A DNA stretch of 64,000 nucleotides from Octopus sinensis (taxonomy: Eukaryota), in NCBI RefSeq assembly GCF_006345805.1, contig NC_043026.1:12627579-12691578 (forward strand), in the 5' to 3' direction. Every line of letters begins with the position of its first letter. Position 1 is the first letter of the stretch. Of this stretch, positions 48,122-62,659 are shown piece after piece. The notes beneath the pieces were generated by a model. That model did no database searches. It saw only the letters and a program-made list of their open reading frames with translations, and was not told the origin of the DNA. The position numbers and the translations under genes are program-made.

Positions 48122-49000
48122 TTGTTATGTTTTTTGATAACATGATAAGTTAGATAGAATGATGTATATATCATTCAACCATGGTGGTGGTTGAATATAT
48201 TCTTAAGTCCACCATTCCGTCAATCACAGCAGCTTCCAGGCTTCACCACTAATTCAGTTCTCAACTAAATTGCCAACTGTGAACAGTCTTAGCACCAGCT
48301 TATTTCACTCTTTCTCACAGAACCCTAGGGCTCTGGGGAACCCTGGTTGAGAAACGCTGACATAGGAGGATAAAAAAAACCCCAACATATTTCAAGGCCA
48401 GATGAAACGAATCAACCCCACTGCCTTGTGTGTTCCAAAGTTCTCTGTTCTCTGTATCAGAAATGGCCTGGTTCTCTCTCAGCTACAATGGTGAGTGTTG
48501 CAGTTGATTCGATCAATGGAACAACCTGTTTGTGAAACTAACTGGCTGTTCCATTTATCGAATCAACAGCAACACTCTGTTTATTCTTTTACTCTTTTAC
48601 TTGTTTCAGTCATTTTGACTGTGGCCATGCTGGAGCACCGCCTTTAAACAAGCAACTCGACCCCGGGACTTATTCTTTTTGTAAGCCCAGTACTTATTCT
48701 ATCGGTCTCTTTTGCCGAACCGCTAAGTAACAGGGACGTAAACACACCAGCATCGGTTGTCAAGCAATGCTAGGGGGACAAACACAGACAAACAAACATA
48801 TACACGCACATACATATTATATATATATACGTATATACGACAGGCTTCTTTCAGTTTCCGTCTACAAATCCACTCACAAGGCATTGGTCGGCCCAGGGCT
48901 ATAGCAGAAGGCACTTGCCCAAGATGCCACGCAGTGGGACTGAACCCGGAACCATGTGGTTGGTTAGCAAGCTACTTACCACACAGCCACTCCTGCGCCT
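45617..49000. mobile_element. SINE-rich spacer: SINE-a at 45617-45995 (+), 47192-47600 (-), 48583-49000 (-); SINE-c at 46124-46493 (+), 46827-47136 (-)
   Basis: Family matches. Confidence 0.85.
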
Positions 49001-49713
49001 TTGTAGTTTCAAAATGCCTTATTGTACGACTATGAGATGTATTATTATTGTCATGATTTTATCTTATTACAATCAACAACAAACACATTTCGTCAATATA
49101 AAAGTCTTTATTAGATTAAAAATAACATTATCAAATACTTTGTTTTCTTCCAAACACGCCAGTAGGGAGCGAAAGAGCAAGGAACGCAGAGTGCTGACAA
49201 GAAGAAAGGATAAAGATATCAGTGATATCTTCTGTAGGAATATTTTCTGTTCAATTAATTTAGCCTTTGATTCAATGATTTATCACACCCTGTCACAACA
49301 TGGCTTCCCTGCAAGGTGAATCTGTTATGTTTGGTTGAGGTACATCCTGTAGAGAATGGCTAACCACAGGTAAGATCTCTCACCTGTAAGTATACACCTG
49401 TGTCCAGTTAAGTGGTGATTTTAAGAGAATAGTTACCACAAATATCACACTGATATGGTTTCTCTCCTCAATGAATGCACTTGTGTGTAGTTAACTGGTG
49501 TTTGTGAGAGAATGATTTATCACAAATATAAGGGTGGCGTCAGGAGGGCATCCAGCCGTAGAAGCATTGCCAGGTCAGACTGGGCCTGGTGCAGCTTTCT
49601 GGCTTCCCAGACCCCAGTTGAACCGTCCAACCATGCTAGCATGGAAAGCGGACGATAACTGATGATGATAAGTGATATGCTTTCTCTCCTGTTTGAATAC
49701 CTTTGTGTTTGGT

Positions 49714-50855
<1,142 letters not shown>

Positions 50856-51861
50856 AATCTATATTTTCTCACCACAATATGCAGATGTTTACACACTTCA
50901 TTCCTATAAAATTTCTTATCTTGGTCAATATCTGCAGAAGCTGCCAGCTCTTTTGTAATCCAGGTTAATAGGAATGCAAAATCCTCATTGAAGAAGAAAT
51001 ATTGCTGCAGTCGCAAGAAATATTTCACACAAAATTTACCTTCTTTCTATAACAGGGATCTCTTTGTTCTGTGTCACAGCTCTGTTTAATCTTTCAAAAT
51101 GATAAATCCTTTAATCAATGTTATCCCGTAATCTGAAATAAGAGAGAAACTGCAGAAATTAGAGGATACTTCATAAAACAACAGAGATTACACAGATTTT
51201 ACATGTTATATTCATGATTCATCCTCATCATCATAGGTTAATGTTGGCTTTCCATGCAAGCATGAGTGAGACAGCTTCACAAGAGCCAGCCAGGCAGAAG
51301 CCTGCACCAGACTTCTGTAACTGTTTTGGCAAGATTTTTACTGCTGGATGCCCCTCCTAACACCAACCCTCAGCAGCAGAGTGGTCTTAGTGCTTTTTAC
51401 AAGAACAGGCATGTTCAGTTTGGCAAGGGTTTTGCAGCTGGGTGCCTTCCAAACACCAAGCGCTTTACAGTGTGGAATGGGTGCTTTTAGTGCACTAACC
51501 GGGTCACCAAGTACTTGCAAGAAAAAAGGAATTTCAAGGGGGAGGGGACATTGTAGGAGATGATCGTATGTCAGATGATGAAAGGTTAAAGGGAGACAGG
51601 GGGACAGAAAGTCTTGCTGTAGAGGAAGTACAAGGTTACCTGGCTGCAGGGAGAGATATCAGGAATGAGGACAGAACAGGTGTGCTGCCGCAAAGGAAAT
51701 ACATGTTTACCCAACCTGAGGGAAGTGCGGGAAAAAGAGAGAGAGAGAGAGAGTGGGAGAGAGCAGGATGGAGATGGTGGCAAAGTGCCAGGCATACTCA
51801 CAAGGGACAGGGATCAGAATATGAATGGGATGGTTGAATATAGGAAGTGAGAGAGATATAT

Positions 51862-52461
51862 ATTTCTTTACTACCACAAGGGTCTAAACATAGAAGGGAC
51901 AAACAAGGACAGACAAAGGGATTAAGTCGATTACATCGACCCCAGTGCGTAACTGGTACTTATTTAATTGACCTGACATACATAACAGTCAAATACCTAT
52001 CACCCCCTCCACACCCTGACACAGAGAGAGATATACTTCTTTACTACCCACAAGGGGCTAAACACAGAGGGGACAAACAAGGACAGACAATGGGATTAAG
52101 TCGATTATATCGACCCCAGTGCGTAACTGGTACTTATTTAATCGACCTGACATACATAACAGTCAAATACCTATCACCCCTCCACCCCCTGACACAGAGA
52201 TATACTTCTTTACTACCCACAAGGGGCTAAACACAGAGGGGACAAACAAGGACAGACAAGGGATTAAGTCGATTATATCGACCCCAGTGCGTAACTGGTA
52301 CTTATTTAATCGACCTGACATACATAACAGTCAAATACCTATCACCCCTCCACACCCTGACACAGAGTTATACTTCTTTACTACCCAAAAGGGGCTAAAC
52401 ACAGAGGGGACAAACAAGGACAGACAAAGGGATTAAGTCGATTATATCGACCCAGTGCGTA
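51862..52461. repeat. ~170-bp tandem repeat (3.5 units) built from the SINE-b 3' half plus unique sequence
   Basis: Units start near 51862, 52036, 52205 and 52373. Confidence 0.9.
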
Positions 52462-52875
52462 AATTCCATTCCAAAATATATTTTAGTTAAGTCTCTTGCT
52501 AGTTTCAGGGAAGTTACGACCAAAGAAATTAAGAGACTTGTACATGCATAATACATATCGGTACTACTAGCAAAGACCGGACCCGGTGCGCGAGGTTGCG
52601 CGTCCGCGCAAGCTAGTCGTAAATAGTCGATCCTACAACGACTTGAGCGTATGCAAATGAGTTGACTTTCATATAATTGAGTATCCAGGGATTCCTAGAA
52701 GCAGAATAAGAGGTCTGCCTACTGTGTATATAGATAAATATGTATTTATATCTTACCTGTTACGATATAACAAATCAGTATTTGGTGTGGAAATAGATTT
52801 GATTTCACCAAAACTCGGTCAAAAGGAGAGCAAACGAATTATTTCTCTTCTTTGCCATCGACACAAAGCTTGCAG

Positions 52876-52888
52876 CGGAAGCGGAAGT
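52876..52888. promoter_or_regulatory. Tandem ETS-type sites CGGAAGCGGAAGT between divergent C3 (-) and D1 (+)
   Basis: Motif is visible, and tandem CGGAAG sites are typical of bidirectional promoters. Position fits. Confidence 0.4.
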
Positions 52889-53885
52889 CCATATCGTCAG
52901 GGAAAGAATTGCAGTTCTACCAAGACTAGAAATTGTTACCATTTCGCTTTGAGAAACGAATTTTCATAATTATTATGGATTACCAAGTGATTAATGGTTG
53001 TGTGATTTATTCTTTACGGGGAAATTATCAACAGCTTCTACACGTGCTTCTAATTAAGACCGAATCTAATTATATCAGATGTAGTAACCTCGTGTTCAGG
53101 TGAACGTTGATCTCTATGAATAACACGAAGCGACTTACATGATTTGTGATTTAATATTTCTCTTGATCACAGCTTTAATTGGTTGATCCCTATTTTACAG
53201 GAAGGAAAGGGGGCAAAAAGCTTTGAATCGAGGAACTTTGCTCGCCCTTCTTCATATTTCATTTGTACCTTAGGTCGAAAGCACGAATGTTTGTATGCCC
53301 CTTTGTAGCAATATTGTGCGCATTTCTACTATCCATGGTGGGAAAAACAAAGTGGATTTCAAGAAAGGATCCTGGTCAGATCAACAAGTATTCTAATGGT
53401 AAGTGAAAAAATATATCTACATAGCATTTGTTGTACACTGTTAACGGAGGTGGGTGATATCTAAGACAAGAAACTGAACCATAGGAGGTTTAGTCTATAT
53501 CTACAGAAATTTGTCAGCTTTTAAGTATTCCTGAAGACAAGCAGAAGACCTCCCTCACAACGGCTTTCCTTTTGGTAAACGATATTTCCCCTTTTGACAC
53601 CCGATTTGTGTAATTTTCTTGAGTCCTTTAATCGTTTAATAATGTATATTTTGCCAGTAAATTTTAGGGCATAACTACAGAAATGCGGGATCCTTTCGGT
53701 TGGGGAGTTACCAAAATTGAAAATTGCAAAAATGTTTATATCATTGTTTGTGCCCCTAAACACATATTTTCAAGGAGTTCTCAAAAATGAAGCCCCCAAA
53801 AATCAAATATTATTCCCCGCCTAACCTGAACTCATCATATATATATATATAGATAGATAGATAGAGATATGTATATATGTGCGTG

Positions 53886-54641
53886 CATGAGTAATGTTAC
53901 CACAATGTTAAAGAGTAGTTGTAGTTTACAAATCTTACATTTCACCCAATGTTATATGATGTCATTTGTTAATTAATAAAGAATATTGTTGTAACATTTC
54001 TCTTTTGATCCTCTCCTCTCTATCTAATTCTGTTTCTTTATATTTCAGATTTACGGATGACATTGGCATCAAAGAAATTTTCTTTTATAATGAATACAAT
54101 TTCAACATTTTTCATCTTTAAAGTCTTGAGGAAAAGTTTACACAGAACGCATCTAAGCCTATTTCTATAAATCTTAGGTAGAAATTCAATGAAATGTTTG
54201 CTCTGAACTGAGATTAATAGCAACATTTTTCTATTTCATTAGCTGATGCTTTGCATTCTCTTAATCTCATGAGTAATGTTACACCAATGTTAAAGAGTAG
54301 TTGTAGTTTACAAATTCTTACATTTCACCCAATGTTATATGATGTCATTTGTTAATTAATAAAGAAATATTGTAACATTTCTCTTTTGATCTCTCCTCTC
54401 TATCTAATTCTGTTTCTTTATATTTCAGTTTATGGATGACAATGGCATCAAAGAAATTTCTTTTATAATGAATACATCTTTCAACATTTTTTCATCTTTT
54501 AAAGTCTTGAGGAAAAGTTTACACAGAACGCATCTAAGCCTATTTCTATAAATCTTAGGTAGAAATTCAATGAAATGTTTGCTCTGAACTGAGATTAATA
54601 GCAACATTTTTCTATTTCATTAGCTGATGCTTTGCATTCTC
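53886..54641 (+). repeat. Direct tandem duplication (period 382 bp) of the type-D intron end, acceptor and leader exon start
   Basis: CATGAGTAATGTTAC at 53886 and 54268. Confidence 0.85.
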
Positions 54642-54829
54642 GTTACTCTTTGATGACTTTCTAAATTTATAGCATCTTTAGATATCAGTGAAGTTTGCAG
54701 TGGAAATGTTTGTAGGAATAAACTATAAAAAGAAGGATAAAGATAGGAGTAAAAGTTTAATGTGGTGAGAAAGGCCAAGGATTGGATCTATTTTGATTCC
54801 TCAGAGAAATGCTGAAAAATATGCGAAAA

Positions 54830-56442
<1,613 letters not shown>

Positions 56443-57049
56443 CTGTATTATTTATCAAATGTCTTTGCAGCACACAGCAACCGACATTTTAAAACCCTTT
56501 CTCCTTGTGGGCATTGTCAGTAACTGATGAACCCTTGGTAACATTCATAATCATCAGGGTTCCTTTTTGAGGTATTGTTCATGATGCCAACCCTTTTTGT
56601 AAGCACTTACCTGGGATACACATAGTTTTGCTGGGCACAGATATTTGTTAGAATTGTGTGTAGAAAATAATTTGTATAACCATAAATATTGCCACTTTAG
56701 GAAGCACTAGATTAGACAATTGTGAGGAGTGGAAACAGTGATGTGCAGATATATATAGTTGTGTGTGTAGCAGGATGTAGCAGACACGAGAGGCCCATTG
56801 ATATTAAAGCTGAAATCTAAAAGAGGAGAAACGTGTGAGGCAGTGCAGCATCATGAGAGCAGATGGTGGAGAAATCCAGGTGAACATCTTTAGAGTAACT
56901 GGGTTTTTAGGAAGACACAATTTCTTGCATACTGAAAATATATCCTCCATGAAGAAGATTGTGAAATCGTGTGGAGGTGACGTGGTTAAATAAATATGTC
57001 TTCAACACTGAAACTTGCTCACTTGGTTTTTATATGTACCTAAATATGT

Positions 57050-57350
57050 ATGTTTGATTGCTTCTCGTTTATTAATTGCATCCAAGGTCTTTGTTGATGC
57101 TGGGCTTTGATCTTTGTTTGCTTGTTTATTTCAGCTTGCTTCTTATTCCTCTGTGTCAATTGCTTCTGATGAAGCAATTAGATGAACAAAGCTGCTCTTC
57201 TTTGTGTTTCTCTAGGCTGTGGGTTCGTTTAGTATCTCAGATAAAAAGTTGAATACATCGTTAGAGCACATCCAACCCTACGCTTAATAAATCTTTCTGG
57301 TTTTGTGTCGAGATATTGAAAAGCTGTGGGCCCTGGAAACCCTAAACCGT
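57050..57350 (-). mobile_element. Possible Penelope-like GIY-YIG C-terminal remnant
   Basis: Minus-strand RSKPSINKDLG resembles the I..P.LN.D.G end of Penelope endonucleases. Short and degenerate. Confidence 0.35.
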
Positions 57351-57719
57351 TGCAGTATTGGATTCTTACTCAAGATGGAAAGTCCAAGGTGTTTGGTACG
57401 ATGCAGTGGCGTTCAGTCCAGGTGTTACTATAGGTTTCATTACCAAATTTAGGGGGGTAGACCATAAAAGCTGTATATATTATATACAGCGGCTTCTTAC
57501 AGTTTCCGTCATCCAAATCCACTCACAAGGCTTCGGCTGGCCAGAGGCTATAGTAGAAGAAACTTTCCAAAGTTGCCAAGCAGTGGAACTGAACCGGGGA
57601 ACCATGTGATTGATAAGCAAGCTACTTACTACACAATTTTTTTATTAAATGCTTGAAATTGTGTAGATTACAATTATATAGGAATTTGTTTGGGGTAAAC
57701 ACTACCTGGAGTAGGGGTG

Positions 57720-58090
57720 GGCAATTCACAGACTTTGTGAAAACGTATGAGGAAATAAAGATGTGTGAATTAGCCAAAACTCCTGTCCCCTCATCCTGAA
57801 AATGTTTCTCACAAGTGGTAGAAATAGACCAGATGGTCTTGTCATCTGTGCCTGGGTTAGAGGTAAGGTGCCTCATTTGGGATGCCACACTCTGCTACTC
57901 CTTTGCTCCTTCTCACATCCTGGATGCTGCAGTTAATGGCAGGGTCACTGCTTCCGTAGCCAAATGGAAGAAAACCCTGAGGTATCGGGACGTGACAGTG
58001 AACTATCTCTTCCACCTTGTGGTGTTTGAGACATTCAGAGGGACTAGGCCATTATCCATGAAGTTCTTGTCAACACTGGCAGGTGATGCC
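57720..58090 (+). mobile_element. Degenerate restriction-like endonuclease domain of a CRE-type non-LTR retrotransposon
   Basis: Across one frameshift: RPDGLVICAWVRGK / CLIWDATLCYSFAPSH..A..KKTLRY...FHLVVFETF. This matches the RPDG..W..G..L.WD.T and K..KY..F.P...ET RLE pattern. Confidence 0.65.
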
Positions 58091-58215
58091 CGTGTGGGTG
58101 CATGGTTTTTCTTAACACCTGAGCCTCGCTGTCACCTGTAGTAATAATGTGAGGATGCTGGATTGCTTCAGTAGGTTCTATCAAACCTTGTGGGGTGCAA
58201 CCAGCTGCTGTGATA

Positions 58216-58800
58216 AAAGAAATACCTTCAAATATGCTGCAAATCCCTTATTTTGGTTTGGAAAAGTGGGAGGACACCCCATCTTGGAATCGTTGGAAAT
58301 TTATTTTTTTCATTGAATGAATTCCTCTGACCTAATATGCTACAAAACCTTTTTGGGGTCCGAAAAACGGGATGGAGGGAGCTGGAAGCCTTGGAATGTT
58401 CGCCCCAATCGCCATTGATCTTTTTATCCACAAAGTTTTCAGTAAGGAAAAAAATTGGATTTTTTGCGTGGAATCAGTACCCTGACCTCCTAATATGCTG
58501 CAAATCCCTTATTGTAGTTAACAAAAAATTGGGGGACTTCCCACTTTTTTCATGCAGGTGAAAAGATTAGTGGGGTTATGGGCAATATTTCTGAGGCTTC
58601 CACCTCACCCCACCCCGTTTACGGACCCCAAAAAGAGTTTTGTAGCATATTAGGTCACAGGAATTCATTCAAGAAAAAAAACCCCACAAAATATCCAATG
58701 ATTCCGAAATGGGAAGGGGTGACCCTATCCTCTTGTTTTTCAAACCAATATAAGGGACGTGAAGCATCTTATTAGGTCAGGGTACTTGATTCCACCCCAA
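58216..58800. repeat. Imperfect inverted repeat (arms ~58216-58390 and ~58595-58770)
   Basis: TTGAATGAATTCCT(C/G)TGACCTAATATGCTACAAAAC..TTTTTGGGGTCCG is present in both orientations. Confidence 0.7.
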
Positions 58801-59063
58801 AAATCCAAGTTTTGTCTTTTTTCTCTTAGTGAAAATCATGCGGTTGTTAATATTGGAATTGAATGGGAAAAGCAGGCTCTTCATCCAGCTCCCCTTATTC
58901 TCCTCACCATTCCCATCACAGCCTGCATCACCTCCTGAACCCCACCCGACTCTCACTTTGGGCAGCTTCTATTTTATAATTTTATGCATGCGTGAAACAT
59001 TAATAGAAGAAAACACTTTCATTTCATTTCTTATTATGGGTCAGGGGAGGAGGTGGGGTTTTT

Positions 59064-61772
59064 TGAATGGGAGGAGGAGAGCCTTCCAAATGTTGACCCA
59101 GTAGAGGGACCAGCTACCCGAATAGACAGCTCCCTTGTAGTTAAGGCAATTAAGGATATGAAACCAGGTAAAGCCCCAGGCCCATCAGGAATCACTGCTG
59201 AGATGCTTAAAACAGCTGGCTATGTGGGCTATGGCCTAGTCACCTGCATTGTAAACCAGGTAGTTCTTAATGGAGTCATACCCATTGACTGGCGTAGCAG
59301 CACCATAGTCAACTGCTACAAGGGTAAAGGTGATGCTCTAGATAGAAATAACTACAGGGGTATTAAACTGTTGGATCAGGTGATGAAGGTCACAGAGAGG
59401 GTCATAACCCTTCTCATTAGGGAGAGAATTTGCTTAGATGAGATGCAGTTCGGTTTTGTGCCAAGTAGAAGCACCACCACTAATGCTATATTCCTGGTCC
59501 GACAACTGCAGGAGAAGTACCTAGCTAAAGATAAACCCCTCTACATAGCTTTTGTGGACTTGGAGAAAGCCTTTGACAGGGTTCCTCGATCCCTTATCTG
59601 GTGGTCGATGCGGAAACTGGAGATTGACGAATGGCTAATAAGGGCTGTACAGGCTCTATACAGAGAGGCTGTCAGCAAGGTTAGGATTGGCAAAGAATAT
59701 AGTGAAGAACTCCGGGTAGAAGTAGGTGTACACCAAGGCTCCACCCTCAGTCCCCTTTTATTCATCATAGTCCTCCAGGCAATAACAGAGGAATTCAAAA
59801 CAGGATGCCCCTGGGAGCTCCTCTATGCTGATGACCTGGCCCTCATAGCAGAATCACTACCGGAACTAGAAAAGAAATTTCGAGTGTGGAAGCAAGGGTT
59901 AGAATCAAAGGGCCTTAGAGTAAATGTAGCAAAGTCCAAAGTTATAGTAAGCAGAAAGGCGAACTCATCACACACTCCCTCGGGCAGGTGGCCCTGCTCG
60001 ATCTGAAGGAAAGGTATAAGTAGAAACTCCATAAGATGCACCCAATGTAAGCTATGGACGCATAAGAGGTGCAGCAACATCAAAGGGAAATTAACTGATA
60101 AGATAGCTTTCATGTGCGGCAGATGCACAGGGACAGTAGACATCACAGACACTCAGAAAACAGATTCCATCACACTCCAGGGAGAGAAACGAGAAGTAGT
60201 TGATAGTTTCCGCTACCTGGGTGACCAAGTTAGTAGTGGCGGTGGATACTCAGAGAGTATCACCACTAGAATACGAATAGCCTGGGCAAAGTTCAGAGAG
60301 CTCCTACCCCTACTGGCGACAAAGGGTCTCTCACTCAGAGCGAAAGGTAGATTGTATGATGCATGTGTGCGAACTGCCATGCTTCACGGTAGTGAAACAT
60401 GGGCTGTGACTGCAGGGGATATGCGTAGACTTGAAAGAAATGAAGCTAGCATGATCTGCTGGATGTGTAATGTCAGTGTGCATGCACGACAGAGTGTAAG
60501 CACCCTGAGAGAAATGCTGGACATAAGAAGCATCAGATGTGGTGTGCAAGAGCGACGCTTGCGATGGTATGGTAATGTGCTGCGGATGGATGAGGAGAGA
60601 TGTGTGAAGAAGTTCCACTCCCAAACAGTTGAAGGTAACAGGGGGAGAGGTAGACCCAGGAAGACATGGGATGAGGTAGTCAAGCATGACCTCAGAGCGC
60701 TGGGCCTCACTGAGGCAATGGCGAAGGACCGAGACCTCTGGAGATATGCTGTGACTGCAAAGACCCGGGCTGCTTCCTGCGCCAGTTCCACATAGCCCCT
60801 GCTCATTGAACGTACACTGGATCCCAGAATGTCCGGCTATGCTTGAGGAGACCCGTTGAGTCAAGCACATGAACATGAACATTGAAATAAATATCAATGG
60901 AAATAGTAGTTGCGATACCTGTTCCGGTGGCACATAAAAAGCATCATCCAAACGTGGCCGTAGCCAGCACCGCCTCGACTGGCTTCTGTGCCGGTGGCAC
61001 ATAAAAAGCACCATCCGAATGTGGCCGTAGCCAGCACCTCCTCGACTGGCTTTTGTGCCGGTGGCACATAAAATGCAACATCCGAACGTGGCCGTAGCCA
61101 GCACCGTCTCGACCGGCTTCTGTGCCGGTGGCACATAAAAAGCACCATCCGAATGTGGCCGTAGCCAGCACCTCCTCGACTGGCTTTTGTGCCGGTGGCA
61201 CATAAAATGCACCATCCGAACGTGGCCGTAGCCTGCACCGCCTCGACTGGCGTAAAAAGCACCATCCCAACGTGGCCGATGCTAGCACTGCCTTGACTGG
61301 CTTCTGTGCCGGTGGCACATAAAAAGTAACATCAAAACGTGGCCGTAGCCAGCACCGCCTCGAGTGGTTTCTGTGCCGGTGGCACATAAAAACACCATCC
61401 CAACGTGGCCGTAGCCAGCACCGCCTCGAATGGCTTCTGTGCCGGTGGAACATAAAAAGCACCATCCGAACGTGGCTGTTGCCAGCGCCGCCTTGGCTGG
61501 CTTCCGTGCCGGTGGCACGTTAAAAGCTCCAACTGATCGTGGCCAATGCCGGACCCCACCCCCTGGCACCTGTGCGGGTGGCATGTAAAAAGCACCCACT
61601 ACACTTGCGGAGTGGTTGGCATTAGGAAGGGCATCCAGCTGTAGAAACTATGCCAGATCAGACTGGAGCCGGGTGCAGCCCCTAGCTTCCCAGACCCCGG
61701 TCGAACCGTCCAACCCGTGCCGGCGCGGAAAACGGACGTTAAACGATGATGATGATGGTGATGATGATGATG
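59064..61772 (+). mobile_element. 5'-truncated RTE LINE: RT ORF 59064-60795 (one premature TGA at 60004-60006), 3' UTR with 67-bp array, (GAT)n tail, ~80-bp TSD
   Basis: RT motifs (GKAPGPSG, YRGIKLL, QFGF, FVDLEKAFDRV, GVHQGSTLSPLLF, YADDL). Flanks 58984-59063 and 61773-61852 are duplicated. Confidence 0.95.
60924..61590 (+). repeat. 67-bp tandem array (~11 units), each with a TGTGCC-GGT-GGCACA palindrome
   Basis: Unit starts at 60924, 60991, 61058, 61125, 61192, (deleted unit), 61309, 61376, 61442, 61509, 61575. Confidence 0.9.
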
Positions 61773-62659
61773 ATGCACGCAGGAAACATTAATAGAAGAA
61801 AACACTTTCATTTCATATCTTGTTATGGGTCAGGGGAGGAGGTGGGGTTTTTGTTTTTATTTTGTATAGTTTGAAAAATTAGAATTTACAGTTTTTTTGA
61901 TTTTTTTTTCAAAATCGTAATCTCCTTATTTTTCTACAAATTTCACCAGAAAAATTTTGTTCTTAGTAGAAAATTTAAGAAATTGCGTGGGAAGATTAAA
62001 AATTTTTTAATGCAGATTGTTTTTGCAGATTTGGAATCTCCGCACTCGATATCGTGGGTTCCTGTAAAAACAAAACCCAAAAAACATCGGAAAGAGGGTG
62101 CGGTCCATTGTCTTTCCCCACGCCGTAAACGGAACTCTTCCCCCTTTATTTCAGGGAAAAGTAAAAGAACGAAGGAAAGGGATATGGGACTGAAATTTTA
62201 ATGTTGGGATTGTTGAAAAAATCTTTTCCAGAATCGAAGTTTCCATGGCCTAAAAACATGAGATTCCGGAGAAAAAGAAAACAAAAAAGGAATTTGAAAG
62301 CCGGGAAGGGCTCCGTTTCGATCTTTGCTATAGTTGAGGGTCGATGGTGGAAAAAGTTTGGCGACCCCTGATAAAGGCGTAGGGAACAGCACCAGCTGTG
62401 TTTCTAATCATATGTCCGTTTAATGAACAAACATACGGTTATATGCATTCTAATGCTAAGATGTAATGATGTCAGAAATATTTGGCTGCTATTTTTAGCA
62501 GGTTCAATGACCATGCGCAGACACTCTTGTTGAGACGTAATTACTATTTAGCTGGATGAGGTTTTTATCATTTACCTTGGCTGAGATGCAATTAAAGGTG
62601 TGAATTAATATAATTTTAACGTCTCTTCGTGTTATATTGGGGACTTTTAATATATGTCA

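Noticed and set aside
60924-61590. CRISPR-like array of palindromic repeats
   Set aside because: The DNA is eukaryotic, the between-hairpin segments are themselves repeats rather than unique spacers, there are no cas genes, and the array lies in a LINE 3' UTR.
60331-61599. Long overlapping ORFs (294, 173, 123 aa) on the minus strand
   Set aside because: They are read through a 67-bp repeat array or antisense to the RT. There is no domain content.
62350-62372. AAGTTTGGCGACCCCTG (and GGTTGAGAAACGCTG near 48345) resembling hAT/Charlie termini
   Set aside because: Only one end is seen in each case, with no partner TIR or TSD, so it is not annotated as an element.
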